From the NCBI GenBank assembly GCA_051362555.1, contig CM120645.1, positions 7,006,001 through 7,070,000 on the forward strand: a DNA stretch of 64,000 nucleotides, in the 5' to 3' direction. A model generated the notes under the pieces. That model had not been told where the DNA came from, made no database searches, and was given only the letters and a program-made list of their open reading frames with translations. Position numbers and translations under genes: made by a program. Each line of letters begins with the position of its first letter. The first letter of the stretch is position 1. This DNA is from Lingula anatina. Taxonomy: Eukaryota > Animalia > Brachiopoda. Positions 21,030 to 35,700 of the stretch are shown here, one piece after another.

Positions 21030-23099
21030 GGTCATTCATTCCAGTCTTGTTTTTGTTGCCAGCAACATCTACTGAAATAAATGTATTTTACTGTTTTGTG
21101 GAGTCTCACTTTTTATTTTGTTTTAATTTTGACCGTTTTGTTACCTTATTCTGAAAACAGGATGGTGAAATTGATGATAACATACTTTGTTGTATTGCCA
21201 ACTACTTCTACTCTGATCTTTGCAAATGTCTTTATTTCTAAAAGTGGGTGGCATAAGCATCAAGGAAAAATTGCTATATTTTATGTACCCAAAACAATTT
21301 GTGTATTTGGTTTATTTACCATTGATAATTCTTATTTTTTTCTTGAACATGTTCTTTCTTGAAGTTGTATGCACAAATTATTTTTAAAAAATATAAGTAT
21401 ATTTTTGATATAATATTATTTGCTATTTATATGGAAGAAAACGCACAATTCTATGAAAACTTGTTTTATTTCGCACTTAGTAAACTTTAACCCAAATTAA
21501 TTTATAATAAATAAAAATATCTAAATTTATTATAGTCATTTCTACAGTACATTTAACTTTCAAAAGCTAACAATTAAAACTAGAGATTTGTGAGAGCCTG
21601 CAAGCAAATCCCGCTCCCCATCCTAAACCATATAAAAGTTTAACCATATTGCACACATTATGTGTATTAACTATGTCTAATATTTGTGCTCATCACTTCT
21701 TACAAATGCAATCTGAGAAAAGGCTGAATATGCCCTCAATGCCTTAAATGTATCTATCTCCTAAATCTGCCTCATACCACTATGTGCTATTATACTAGCA
21801 CTGGTATCTCTATAAAAACTAATTTAAAATTAGGCACTTAACAAGGAAATTTTAAGTAACATGTACTGTTAATTAGGCCTGCCTATGACTGTAATTGGGC
21901 TGCTTTGCGCTTGGTGAGAAAGGGAACGAGCTGATTGTCTTCATGTTATTCATTGAAAATCAAGCATGTGAAAGTGGTGAAACACTGTGTGCATACATGC
22001 TGATCACTTCATGTTGAAATGGAGAAATCTGGAATATTATTATGTAATTAAGACATCTTTTGATCTTAAACCCATGATGACATACACTGATGACATGATC
22101 ATGGATTTCTTTTTGACCAATAGATTAAAAGAAACAATTCAGTGGTCTATACCATCAATGGGACTATACACTTGGATGAGTGATGTTGGAACTTCTTGAA
22201 GGACACAATGTAACATTAAGTATTGATTATACAATAAAACAACTACAGACTTTAGCTGCACCTTAGTCACCATCACCTCTGAGGACTGCAAAACAATACT
22301 CAGGCCATTCAAAGTCTTACTGTATAGAATTCAATGCCAGATGCATCAAATTTCAAGGTCTTAGGGCACATTCCCAATGAAACTTGGTCTACATAGATTA
22401 ATCTGGGTCCCCAGGGACCCATGCTGAATGATATCAGAATAACATGCATCCTCCTGTCCAATGTACTTATGTAATCAACATCTTTACTACTCAATACCAG
22501 GGGGAAGCGTGCCATTTTTTAATATGATAACATTCAGCAAGTCCCAGCATAGTTGGATTGATCTATGTAGACATATCATTTCATTGGGAAAGAGCCCTTA
22601 ATCCCACAGATAAACAAAGTGTCTCATTGCCTGTCTCGAATATCCCCACATCCACTGACTGAGGGTTCTACTACAGAAACTAAAGATGGGGAACCAGTCT
22701 GTACAACTCATCCTGGTTGTTCCTCTTGGTTTTTTTTAAATTAAAATTTAAATTAATTCCTTATTTTACCCTGCTAATATTAAGCAATCCAGGATATGTT
22801 TGCCTTTCAAAAAAGTAGCAATATGTGCCATTACTCAAAACTATACCATCAACATACCATGATGATAATTACATCATAAACAACAGTAAGTTTGCTATTT
22901 AGGTACTTCAACCCATTACCAACATTGATTCCAAAACTTAAAAAATTCCCGTTGGCACCAAAGCATTGGCATAATAGACCAAATTGAATCATTTATGTCC
23001 CAGAAATAATTTTGATTCACAAGTATCCTTACACCCATCACAGTGAAAACGATATGCTCCCAATGATGTTCATTTAATAAGATTTTAAAAATAACTTTA

Positions 23100-26000
23100 T
23101 CAGATCAGCCTGTTGGTTTCCAAACTCTCTGAATGATGCCTATCACGCAGAGGACTCCCGTTCATTCTAATTTCTGTATCAGACGAGTCATCCTGTAAGT
23201 CCAAGGGCTCATCAGAATCTGAGTTGTCTGCCCTCTCTGGTTTGTCGTAGTATTTGACACGATTTGATGCACTGAAATAGCGAACAGAGGCTCCCGGGGA
23301 ATCCACTGGAGTGGAGAACGCTTTCAGTTTCAGTTTCTTCATCATCAGGAAATTGTCTATAACCCAGAACATTATAGCCTGCAAAAAATAATTTATAGAA
23401 AGCATGAATTTCAAGGAAAAGTCTGAAATTATTTCAGAATCTGTTGAATCAAATAAATTATTTTTAACTTTGCAGATATATGGCAACTTCAAAGGCCCGA
23501 ACCTTAATGGAATAAAATAATTCATACAATACATAATTTAGCAGATATTCAGTCATGTGTTGTTTACTTTTTAACACTATACTCTTTTCACTAAAATAAT
23601 TATTTAATCATGAAATGGCATTGCAAGGAACGGATTTTCACTGCCCTCCAATAAATCAAAATTCCACGTTTTCCTGGTGATGTCACATAAATTATTTGTA
23701 ATTTGACATGGTTTTGAATGCTATGTCTTAACATTTATTTACTTACATTGACAATTAAAGGCACTACAAACATCACTATAATCAGTTCTAGGTGTGGGTC
23801 TTTGATTGGTGACAAAATCACATCTCTCACCTGTAATTAATAAATACATAAACGCACCATTCATTGAACAGCATTGCTACATGTGTTTCAATCAGGATTT
23901 ATCTGCTTATTTTTTGGTACTTTGTAATTAAAAACTATTTAATATTTTTACGTGTTCTGTAAGTAAAATTTAACTTTCTTGTCTCATTTACTGGTGTTTC
24001 AAAATTGTCAAAGTTCAGAATCAAACCAATTAATTATGTAAATACTTTGACTTTGACTTTCACTGATGATGGTAAAATAAAAGAGTCTACACATTTAACT
24101 TTCTGAAAGGTTTTTGAAGTCCTTCAGGTTGGTAATAAAAGCAAAAATATAATTTACTGAAATTGTCAGGAATTTTTTTCTTTATAATATATGGAAAAAA
24201 CTGGCAACATTTTTGTGATACAACACTAGTCTCTTTGAATTTCTGCTTTGTAATTAGTTCTCTACTGATATCACTAAAAGCCATTCGATCTCTACACTTA
24301 AAAGTCACGATATTACAGTTCTGAATCCTAATCATCACCTTGTCCCAAAAACTGAACTGCACCAAGAGTGTTATAACAATCTTCTCAAAAACCATGACTA
24401 ATATATAGAGAGCACACTGTCCTGCCCATGTGTTACACTGTGGAGGGTCACCTGCAAGAACACAGACATTTAATATTATTTGCAGTAAAATTCAAATTAT
24501 TCATGAGAAAGTATTAAATTATTCACACTAAATGATAACTCTGAAAGTTTGTCATGCTTTTGGTCTGTCTGCTACACCTTGGTCACGACATTGTCCACTA
24601 AGTGCCACTTTGTTTTTCCACCAGCTACCGCAGTGACACCTAGTGGCAAATGTCGTGGCCAAGGTCTAGTGAACAGACTGAAACCTCGACTATGTAAAAC
24701 TGCTTTAATAAAATAACACACTAAGAGCTCTTGGAATAAATAAAATGCATGTTTTGTAAACAGAACAACTTTTGAAAAATATAACCCATTTACTTCATCA
24801 CCTACCATACTCCCCAAACTTGAGAGATTCCCAGCCTTTCCTGATCACTATCCACTGGGCCACCTTAAGACCTATGTACACAACAAACAGCCCTATGGTG
24901 GAGTCCAGGAGGAAGTTAATCACATACCTGTCAAATATGAAATAAAAATTCTATGTTAAAATACTAAGTCTCAATAGCTTCAAGTGCTTACTGGTACTTC
25001 AAAAATATAGAAATGTTGTTATACCCCCCCCCCCCCCCCCCCGGATGTTTTATCTTTTTATCCAATAAATTCAGTAATTTATTAACAAAACAGTTAATGC
25101 AAACCTCCATCTCACCATATTTTTTCAGAGTTTATTTATAACCAAATATTAAAATGTATGACACTCATATAAATTTTTCTTATAATTCCCACGATACTCA
25201 CCATGTGCAGGGATCTCCTTGGAAAGCGTCTGCTAGAAAGACATTGGCAAAGTGGATTACCATAGCACCAAATGCTTGCTTTGAGGTGTCAAAAAACCTG
25301 TAATTTTACCCAAAAACAAACATTATTACTAAAAACATGGTAAAGCATGGAAATTTCATGTGGCAAAATGCAGTATACGTCATGCACTCAAAGTACAAAA
25401 TTTATATCTTATAGTATATCTTCAAAACAATATATTAAGTCCAAGAATATTCATCTTTTATTTAAACAACTACTGTCCATTAGACTTTACCATATCCTCC
25501 ATGGTCTTCGGGACTTTTTGGGTTCACAGTATCTTTTAGCTGAAAGCAGAAATTTTGGAAACATGTTGCATATTCTTCAAAATATTACAATGTATTAGAC
25601 TTGATTATAAGCCCAGTAAGAAAGATACAGTTGCAGTGCTGTGACTGCGAGTGTATTCTCAGGATAATATTTGGTCCTGCAACATTTTAGCAAGACCTGC
25701 ATTTTCTACAGTTTTCTAGATTTTTGCCAAGTCTGCCACTCTTTACCCCCAAGTTTCTGATTTGATACACAGGATTTCTATATTTTTCTTTAAATTTTCA
25801 AACCTCTAATGCACCTGTTTGTTTAATTCATGGGTTGGCCAGCACTGATTGAAATATGAAGTTTTCCTGCATCTGGTCTCAAACTCTACCATTTACCAGA
25901 TACTGCAAAAACACTGCGATAACAGTGGATAACAATTAAATAACACACTTATTTAATATCAACTCATATACCAAGGAGAAAAATGGGTACCAACCTATTA

Positions 26001-26184
26001 AGGAGGTAAAAGCCAAGAAGGCAAGCAGACCCTGTACAAAGAGGCCCAATGTTCCCATAAGGGCCCCATGCCTGCAGCCGAATTCGTCGATCGTCTTTGG
26101 TCCCTGAATATTTGCCACTTCCACTGTCGTTTGGGCAGTTCCACCGAAGAGAGTCATTGCTCTAAAACTGGTAATGTTCGACAT
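23100..26184 (-). CDS. STIMATE: Store-operated calcium entry regulator STIMATE (TMEM110)
   Basis: 7 exons, approx. 25997-26184, 25491-25539, 25203-25297, 24806-24927, 24339-24451, 23746-23830, 23100-23378. Motifs: [85 protein letters not shown]. Confidence 0.93.
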
Positions 26185-26703
26185 GTGTTTCAGAGATTGC
26201 CTGTCTCATCATCATAAATATAATATAAACACGATTCCTTCCACGTTCCAACAGAGCAAATCCACACCATTACAAGCCAATAAGCCTAGAAAAGGCACGC
26301 TTATAAGAGTAAAACACATTAACTTGTCATGATTCTTGTCATCACAGTTTTGCTTTGTCTTCTTTGTAATGAATATAGAATTGTTTCACTTCACTCCTAG
26401 GTACTGTCACTGCAACATTTCATTTCCTGCTATTTTACAAGCGCATGCGCACGTACTACGAGGCGTAGCTTCAGGATACGCATTTTTCCAGGTATTGACA
26501 TCTGTTGACAATGAACAAAATTGGAACATGTTAAGAAAAGCTGAAATTGCATATGTTGATATCATTTTTGAAGGATATCAGAAAACAAACACGTTTTGTT
26601 TTTTAGTAAACACATTGATTAACTCGACGCATGCGCAACAGCGTCACGTTGCCATCTTTGAGGAACGAAGAATGTGAAAGAAGTGATACATTTTTGCTTT
26701 AAA
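26185..26703. promoter_or_regulatory. Bidirectional promoter region STIMATE / SFMBT
   Basis: Divergent start codons ~520 bp apart; locally CpG-rich; NRF1-like GCGCATGCGCA (26441-26451) and CGCATGCGCA (~26628); YY1-like GCCATCTT (26651). Confidence 0.7.
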
Positions 26704-29700
26704 ATGGATGAAAATCAAATTCAGGTAAGTTTTTCTTTTAATATGCAGTTAATTTCAAATGTGTGGGATATATTGTCATAGTTTTTTCAGTACAGGCAAT
26801 AAGTTTAGAATGTCAATTCTTAATGTGAATTACTCACCAACTTTACGGCTGGACCAACCCACGCAAAACAAATGTTCGCAGATCGAAAATGAAGTCTAAA
26901 GAAATTGTTTTAAAAACTTGTGTTTGGCCGAGAAATTGAAGGAAAATGAAATTTAGCCTGGAGTTATATATTTCTACACGTGTGATTGTTTTGTCGTCTT
27001 ATAGTTATTATTTTATTTTATAAGAATCGACGCATCCATTTGTTATTTTTGTGACCCGCATTGGGCGGCCATCTTAAGACAGGAAGAAGCTTTTTGTGTG
27101 ATCAACAACAAAATTTAATGGCGTTTATCTTTTAAAATTACGTATATTAACTTTGAACATTAAGTGTAAATCAATGTTTTATATGTTTTCTTGTGTTAGT
27201 ATGAAATTCTGAACAATTAGACTCTGCCAAGACCGTTTTCTTTTAATTTAAAGAAGATGAATGTGCAAAGTTCATAAGGAAGAAAATTCAATAGTACATG
27301 TAGAGGCAATATGGCGGTAAAGAGGTATGCTACGCATGTGTTACGCAATACGCCAATCAATCAAGTTGTGTCTGCCTTGTTGCACAGATGTGATACTCAA
27401 AAGAGTTTAAAAAAACAGTGTACCTTAAAGTTGAAAATTAAAAGAATTTTAAGAGGATGAAAAAAAATGCACAACGAAGGCATGCTTTATATTGATTATA
27501 CTTGTTACAAATGCAGTTTCAGAGAAATTTAATCTTTTATCTTTTTTTTCTGTTTAAAGAATTCAATTGATCTACTGATTTAGAGATTTTCTCAAGAAAA
27601 TAACAGTATATATACAAACCTAATTATGTATAATTTTAATGTGTGTAGTATTTTTTATCAGACTAAAGTAAAAATCAATAATTGACTATTTTTTTGAAGT
27701 CTTTGCTCCTTTTTTCATTGCTATGTTCAACAGCACAATATACTCCAGACCTTCTTTAATGTAAAGTATTACACCGAGAAAAGCCCAGTATGATTTTCTG
27801 CTCTCATGCCAAGAAGGAAATTGAAATATATTTTCATTAAAAATCCCTGTTAAAAATAGCATAAAAAATGGGAGAAGGGATTTTTTTTTTTAGCAAAAGA
27901 GGAAAAAACATTATGTGTAATAGAATTGTAAAATCTTTTATCAAGGATCTGTTTTCCCTCAGCATAATGATTATGTGTATTTGATGTATTTTTTTTTAAA
28001 CTTTTTTTCAGGTGCAATTTTGCATTAAAAAAAAAAGAAAACTGATTATATCTTTCTTTGACAATTCTTTTAAGTCGAGATAATGAATTTCAGAGGCTTA
28101 GAAATGTATAATCTGAATTTGGATTTTGAACTTGAGACATTGAAATTGAAAGAAAGATAGAATTCAAATTGTATATTTACTTCAGAGAATTTTCTTCATC
28201 ATAAAATTGTTTTACGTAGTCAATTTTCATGTATGGTAAAGTCTTAAGTATTCACAAAACATCAGATACTTTCCTACAATTGCTGCCCTTTGGAGAATGT
28301 TTAATGTTCCACTGCTTCAATATTCATGAAATGCAGTCTGCAAATCCATTTTTTTTCCTAATATTTTTTTTTAATTTGAAAAGGTCAAAGAAAATATATA
28401 AATAAATCAGTAAATAATAGATAATAAATAAAATGATAATAATAATGAAATAAAAAGATGATCCAAAATTTTGATTTTAGGACCTTAAAGCTGAGCCTCC
28501 AGAGCCCCCAACAGAACCCCCAAGAAGTAATGGCCATCCCATTGCAGACCCAGCAGAGCCCCAAAGGATGCCAGTTAAGCAACTTGAGAAAATAGGTTTG
28601 CTGATATTTTAATAATAATAATAATAATAAGTAATAAATTGGTCAAATGAAAAATCCATTAAAGTTTGTTAGGAACTCTTGATCTTGAATTGTAATTGTA
28701 AAAACCTGAATTTCGTAAGCATTTAATATTTATTCATGCTGTGGTTAAGTCACAAGGCTAGTTTCAAAATGATGCAGGCAATTTGCTTCAGACCTAAATA
28801 ATATTGTTCATGAAAATATGAGTTACCCAAAAAAGAGATGTAACTTTGTAAAGCTTTTTATCACAAACTTTTTTTCAGCAGAAGATACTTCTGTAATAGC
28901 TGACAGGGAGACAAATGCGCCTCTAACACAAGTCGACATGGCCCCTACACCAACAGGTAGCAACTTAATACAACAGAGTACATCTATGGTTGTGAGCCAA
29001 GTCTCTACCACAGACAATAATGTGTCAAAGCCATTAAAACTAATGGTACCAGAGCCACAGCCCATTAAAGAGATGGTCCTTCACAGCCCCCCTCCTGACT
29101 TCCAAAACTCGGTCGGATTGCAGGCAAAGAAAGTGGACCATACCCATGCTTCAATACTCAACAAAAGCCCAAGTACCAGTACAACGAAAAAGGTTGATTT
29201 TGCTCTTATTGAGAGCAGCACAAATGGTGACAAACAGGAGGCGGAAAATTGCTCCAAGACAGAAGTGGAGAAAAGCATCTCTGCTTCTGTAGCTACTATA
29301 CCAGGTGGTATTTCTGTGACAGGTGGGTAGGATTCAGTAATTATTTTTCTATTGAAAAAGTTTGTATTGTTGCCTAGACAATTTATATATTAACTTATTC
29401 AAACAAGAAATGGTTTATTAAGTGACCGCAGAATTCTCATGTTGTCTCAGGAATGTTGCATAGAGCAGATTGCAGATTAAATTTTTTAAATTCTTGTCCA
29501 CTATTGCCCTTGCTAGCGTGTTTTTAAGTTTTATTTCAGTGGGTTTGGCCATCTTTCTTAATAATCTAAGCTCTCCATGATATCTTATGAAAATAAATCA
29601 CAAATATTTGTTTTTACTGTTCAAGCCTTGGAATTATTTATAACAAAACTCCTGTTTTATAAGAAAAAAAAAGTTAAAGCTTTAAATTACAAACTCTTTA

Positions 29701-32700
29701 CGATATTCTGTTTCCAGATCTTCCCAGCATCCCAGTGGAGTACGAGGAACCAGAGTTTATCTGGGAGGAATACCTGGAGGACACGGGGGCGTCGCCCGCA
29801 CCTCCCACTGCCTTCAAACATGTAAGTCTACTCAGAGCAATTATTGTTATGGAAAAAGGACAGAATACTGCAGAAGAATAGTTGCAGTAAATACATCATA
29901 GAGAAATGAATGTATGTTTTGGAAATCTAAGTTTGCTCCATGAAAAGATATAGAAAAATATAGAAAGGCACTACACTACTTAGTGCTACTTATTCTTTCA
30001 CATTGCTGAATTACTTCCAATGAGGAGGCATGAATGCTCACTGTTACTAAGGGTGTTAAATATGAAAATCTGTTCTTCGCGAATTTTAATTGGGCTCTAT
30101 CCAAAGATTATGAGGAAAAAATAAATGATTGAAAAGCATTCTCAGGCAATGCTCTTTATTCATAAAAAAGCTTGCTTTTATTTATAAATGATTAAGTTTG
30201 CTTGATATTGATTAATAAATTGGTTAAACTCTCCAGGTTGAGTGCAGTCTACAAAGTGGTTTCACCAAAGGCATGAAGCTGGAAGTGGCCAACAAATGTA
30301 ACAGTAACACGTACTGGGTGGCGTCCGTGGTCATGACGTGTGGTCCTCTGCTCAGGCTCAGGTACGACGGTTACGACGAGGACAGTTCTGCCGACTTCTG
30401 GGCCGATGTGTTTACATCTGATATACACCCCATTGGCTGGTGTGCCCAGAATTCCAAGAGTTTGCAGCCCCCTGAAGGTGAGGTGATATGTCTTGGCTTG
30501 ATTTTATTTATTTATTAATTGATTTATTTATTTAAAAACTATCTCACTTGGTACAGTTGAAACTCTCCAGTTGGTTTAAAAAAGGGTAACACCTTCTAAA
30601 ACTGAAATATATTACTCTGAAATGTAAAAAAAGTGGTTTTAATTTAATGTTTTGTTTTCCAGCTATTAAAAACAAGTATGACAACTGGAGTGAGTTTTTG
30701 GTGAAAACATTGACTGGAGCAAGAACTGCACCAAATTACCTGCTGGATAGGGTAGGTGAACCTTAGGGCTGACAATTTGTATTTTACCTACCAGTCTTAA
30801 TCAATTCTCCTTTAATTGTTATTATTCATTGACATTATTAATTTTAATAGTACTGGCTCCTTAGAAAGGTCAGCAAAATTTGTAGGTCTGATTTACTAGA
30901 TACAGCAATGCTCACAAAAAAAGGGGAAAAAAATGAAAAGTGTGATTTTTCAGTGACTGTCCATCTAATGTGTGACCCACAATTCAGTCTGTGCTGAACT
31001 ATTTTCCCTTAGGAATGTAAATTAAATTAATGTAAACTGTTGTATTTTTTAATTAGCTGAATACAAAATGTAGTAGATAATGACTGCCCACATTTTCAGA
31101 CCACAGGTATCACTCCCATTGACCAAATCAAACAAGGCATGAGGCTGGAAGTACAACACGAGCTACAGCCCAAGTCTGTGTGGGTGGTGAGAATTATTGA
31201 GAATATTGGAGGCCGCCTCTTGCTGCGGTACGAAGGCACAGATTCTGCCACCCATGACTTCTGGTTGTTTTACCTCCATCCACGACTGCATCCCATTGGA
31301 TGGGGGCAAGAAAATGGCTGCATTTTTAGACCTCCAGCAGGTAGGTGAACTAAGTCAGTCAAAAATGTTCTTTTACCTTTTATTTGTGATTTTAAGAGCT
31401 AAGCCTTTTACTAGATAATTTTGATTTGAAAAGTAAGTTTGAGTGGGCAGCTGGATTGACTGGTGACCCGTAAAAATTGCTGCAGACATTGTTAGAAGTT
31501 GTCATTTGTTTGCATATGTCAAACCTCATAAATCGTCTCTTAAGATGAAAAATAATTATATTTAACTACAGAAATCAAAGGAGAACATGAAAACTACACG
31601 GAATGGTCTGAAATTCTCCAGTCTGCAATCAAGGAGGCAGGGGAGAGACAGCTGCCATCAGATGTCTTCAAGGTATAACATCAAGTTGGATATCATCAAA
31701 GAATTGTAGAAATATAAGCTGTGTGTGAGGTTTATTAAGTCTGTTCAGTAATTTTTCTTCTATCAATGAGATTTATGTCAAAAAAAAAAAAAAACAAAGT
31801 TTTTTTTTTTTTTACTCAAATATTAAAGTGGATACTGCAATATCTTTCCCTGTTTAGGATGATAGGCAGCCAATGATATATAGGAGTTTGATATAGATTA
31901 TTTCAGGTGGAGGAGAGAGAGCTGTCCCTTTGGTATATACTGTAACCTTGATATGGATTATTTCAGGACCAGATGGAGTTGAGAGAACACAGCTTCCAGA
32001 GAGGTTGGAAGCTGGAGCTTCTGCACCCCAAGAATCACACCCACCTGTGCCCCGCCACTGTGGTCCAGGTGATCAACAACCTGTACTTTATAGTGGAGGT
32101 GGACCAGCTGACGGAGGGCGAGAACACCACACCTGTGCGATTGTGCTGTCACGCAGACTCCCCAGAAATATTCCCAATTCGATGGGCAATGTGGAAGGGA
32201 GTGACGCTGATCACCCCAAAAGGTGAGATGCATTGTGCTGTGTTGGCATGTTTAGAAAAGAAAATGCGCTGTTGGGAATAAGTTATCATATGGTCATATT
32301 TTAAAATCTTGGACTGAAAATAAATATGAATGTTTATGCGTGAAATGTTGGAACATTGTTTTTGGGGGTGTTACGTTCTTAGATTTGTTTGATATTAACA
32401 CGTAGTTCATATTTATAATTACAATCCTCACTAGGTTATGCCAAACCAGAATTTGACTGGGATGTCTACCTGGCAGACACAAATTCCGAGGCAGCTCCAG
32501 AGAAGTGCTTCAACATGGAGGTTCCAGAACACGAGTTTAAACGAGGACAGAAACTGGAGGCTGTGAACCCTGAACACCCCCATCAGATCTGCTGTGCAAC
32601 AATCACCAAAATCATTGACAAACTAATCTGGATACACTTGGACAGCTCTGCTTCCATGAAAGCCAATCATATTGTAGATGTGGAGTCACATGATATATTC

Positions 32701-35700
32701 CCAGTAGGCTGGTGTGAAAGTAATGGCTACACTTTGAAACCGCCACAGAAGAATTTTGGGAGAGGGCGTGTGAAAAAAGTAGCTGTTGTGCAGCCTGAGT
32801 GAGTGATTCTTGTAATCTAGTTCAAATACCTTTCGTTCAAATGCTTGGAAAACTTATCAACTATGTTTTCAGTTCTAAGATAAAATAAATAAATAAAAAA
32901 CTTCTGGGGTTAAATGAGGAAGAATGCAGTTTGAAATTTTAGCTTTATAATGGTTGAAATCCTTTATAAATTGAGCAAAGTGGAGCAAAGTGGCATTGTG
33001 GAACTGCATGTGAAGGAGGAGAGTCTTTCTTAAAAGGCTTAGTGCAGTGTGTCAAATAATTATCAATTACTGGTGAAGTTGCCTGCTAGTAAAGCACCAT
33101 GCAGATGGTTTGTTACCAGTGATGAGGCCTTTTCGCATTTTTATGAATGATAACTGAGACTGAAAAGTAACAATCTTAAATTGTTTTAGTTGAACAAAAT
33201 CTGTTTGTCTTTTCAGGAGGATAGTTGGTGACCACTGCAGTCCTGATGACTTCAGAGCTTTGACTTTCTCACAGATACAAAATGGGGATGCCGGAAGTGA
33301 GTTAAAAACTTCTGTCATCAAACCATTTGTTATGTTGATAATATTTTTACTTAATATGAAGATAGATATGGACAATGTAACTATTTTATATATTTATTAT
33401 TTAAATTATTAACAAGATTTTTAATGATGAACATTTATACACAATTTGAATTTAAAAATGATCAAAAATAATTAGATTCCATAATGCTGTTGTAACTATT
33501 TTGGTTATTAATGTTAAATTCTTTAATGATGTTTGTACTAAAAAAATAATGGAATTTAAAAAAGTTTAGTTTTCCTTTTCAGTGTTTTTCTCTTACAGTG
33601 TAGTATAGTATACTTTAGTACATAATAGGATAAGTATTACAGTTTAAGGACCTGTGGATGAATTGGCATTAAATTTAAAATTTAATTTTCTAATCAGAAT
33701 TGCATCACTGTTTTCAACTTTTCAGATGGCTGGTGCCCCAAGATTTACTTCAACCACAAGTGTTTTTCTGGTCCGTACCTTAGCAAGGGGCGTATAGCTG
33801 AGCTTCCCAAGTGTGTGGGTCCTGGTCCCGTGGTGCTGGTGATTAAAGAGGTGCTAACCATGCTTATTAATGTGGCCTACAAGTCCAGCAGGGTGCTACG
33901 AGAGCTGCAGATGGACCATGAGCCGAACCCTAGGATGTACCAGCAAATGCTCAAAGCAAAGTGAGTACTGGTCTGGAAAAAGCCATTGCTTTTGCATTTT
34001 GAGCAATGGGTTTGTGTTATGAAAAAAAAAAAATTGTGATATCTATGTATATTACCACTTTGTTTAATTTTCTTATTATATGTGTCGTTTTTATCAAATT
34101 ATATCTCATTATTCAGCAATATGATTGCATAGAATTTAACATAGCCTGGCTCTTGTGCATGTTGGCAATTTTGTAATATTTGTAATATTGTTTTAGTCAG
34201 TTGTTTGAAATTTTAAAAAATTACAGTTATTATGACACTTGATAAACTTTACCCTGCAGATACAAAGGCAAGAGTTACCGTGCAGTGGTAGAGATTTGTA
34301 AGACTACAGAACAAATTGAGGAATTCTGTCGCCAAGTGTGTATCAAGCTGGAGTGCTGCCCAAACCTCTTCAGCCCCCACTATGTAGACGAGAACTGCCC
34401 AGAACACTGCTCTCAGCTCACCAAGACCAAATACAGTAAGAATGAAAAAAACCTTTGTGCAGTATTTTTCACTTCTAAAAAAATGTTCAAATTAAACTCA
34501 ACCTCCTATTGAAAAACAACTACCAGAGTTTGTGCTATTACATTATTGAATTTATATATAATTTATCAAAAGATATGATCATCATAAAAACATATTATAT
34601 GAACATTACAATATGCTACAGCATAGATAAAAACATGTCATCTCCCAATATATTATGAATGATTCAGCAACAAAACCTTGCACAGTTTCAGTTGCAAAAA
34701 TACTTTAAAACTTTCAGTAAATAAACATCTTGTTTAATAATTTATCAATTTAAATCTCTTTCTACACAGCATATTATTATGGCAAGAAGAAGAAAAGGAA
34801 GATAGGACGGCCACCAGGGGGACACACAAATCTGGAAAATGGGCCCAAAAAACCTGGGAAACGTCGCAAGAGGAAGAAGGTGAACCTGATGGCCAAGAAG
34901 AAATCTGTAATTTCAGAAAACGGGGATGATTTAGACATGAACGGAGAAGGGGAAGAGGAGGAGGTATTTGAAGCAGATAATCAAAGCGTAGTTAGCAAAG
35001 AATCAGAAGACAGTGTTGAACGAGAGAGACAGGTGTACTCTAGACAAACCTCGAGGCAAATTTCCAGGGATCCCGATTTTAAACCTTTGCGTCAAAAACG
35101 CAAATATACACATTATGTGGCACCACCTACAGACATTCGCACCAGAGGCGTGAAACTGCCAAAATATACTTTTGAAAAGAGGACTCATAAGAAAATATTG
35201 TGGTCGGAGATGTTTGATGGAGATGAGGACGTAGAAGAAGAAGTCCCACAAGAGGAGGTGAGGAAGAAACGAGGAAGGAAGTCGAAGAAAGATCTGGAAA
35301 CAGAAATGGTGGCATCCACACTTCCATCTCAGAAGGAGAAACCCTACTATGTAAGTAGGGATGTTGTTTACCTTCTGTCTGGCTCGGGTAAAAAGAGATA
35401 AACTTTTTTTTCAAAAATAATAACGATACAGAAAGATGCTTTGGAAAGACTGCCAAGAAAATTATTTGTCTTGAACCCTTTCAGTTGCTAAAATATGTAA
35501 TAATTTCTTGAAAAATGGTGAAAGAATAGATGAAACGTGTATCTTTAAGAATATGCTGATTGTACATAGAATATTACACAAAGATTTCTATTTGTCATCA
35601 TCTATTTCAGTCTATCAAGCCCTCTGAGAGACTATACCTGGAATCTAACCCTCTCCACTGGAGTGTGGCCAATGTCATACAGTTCATTAAAACCACAGAC

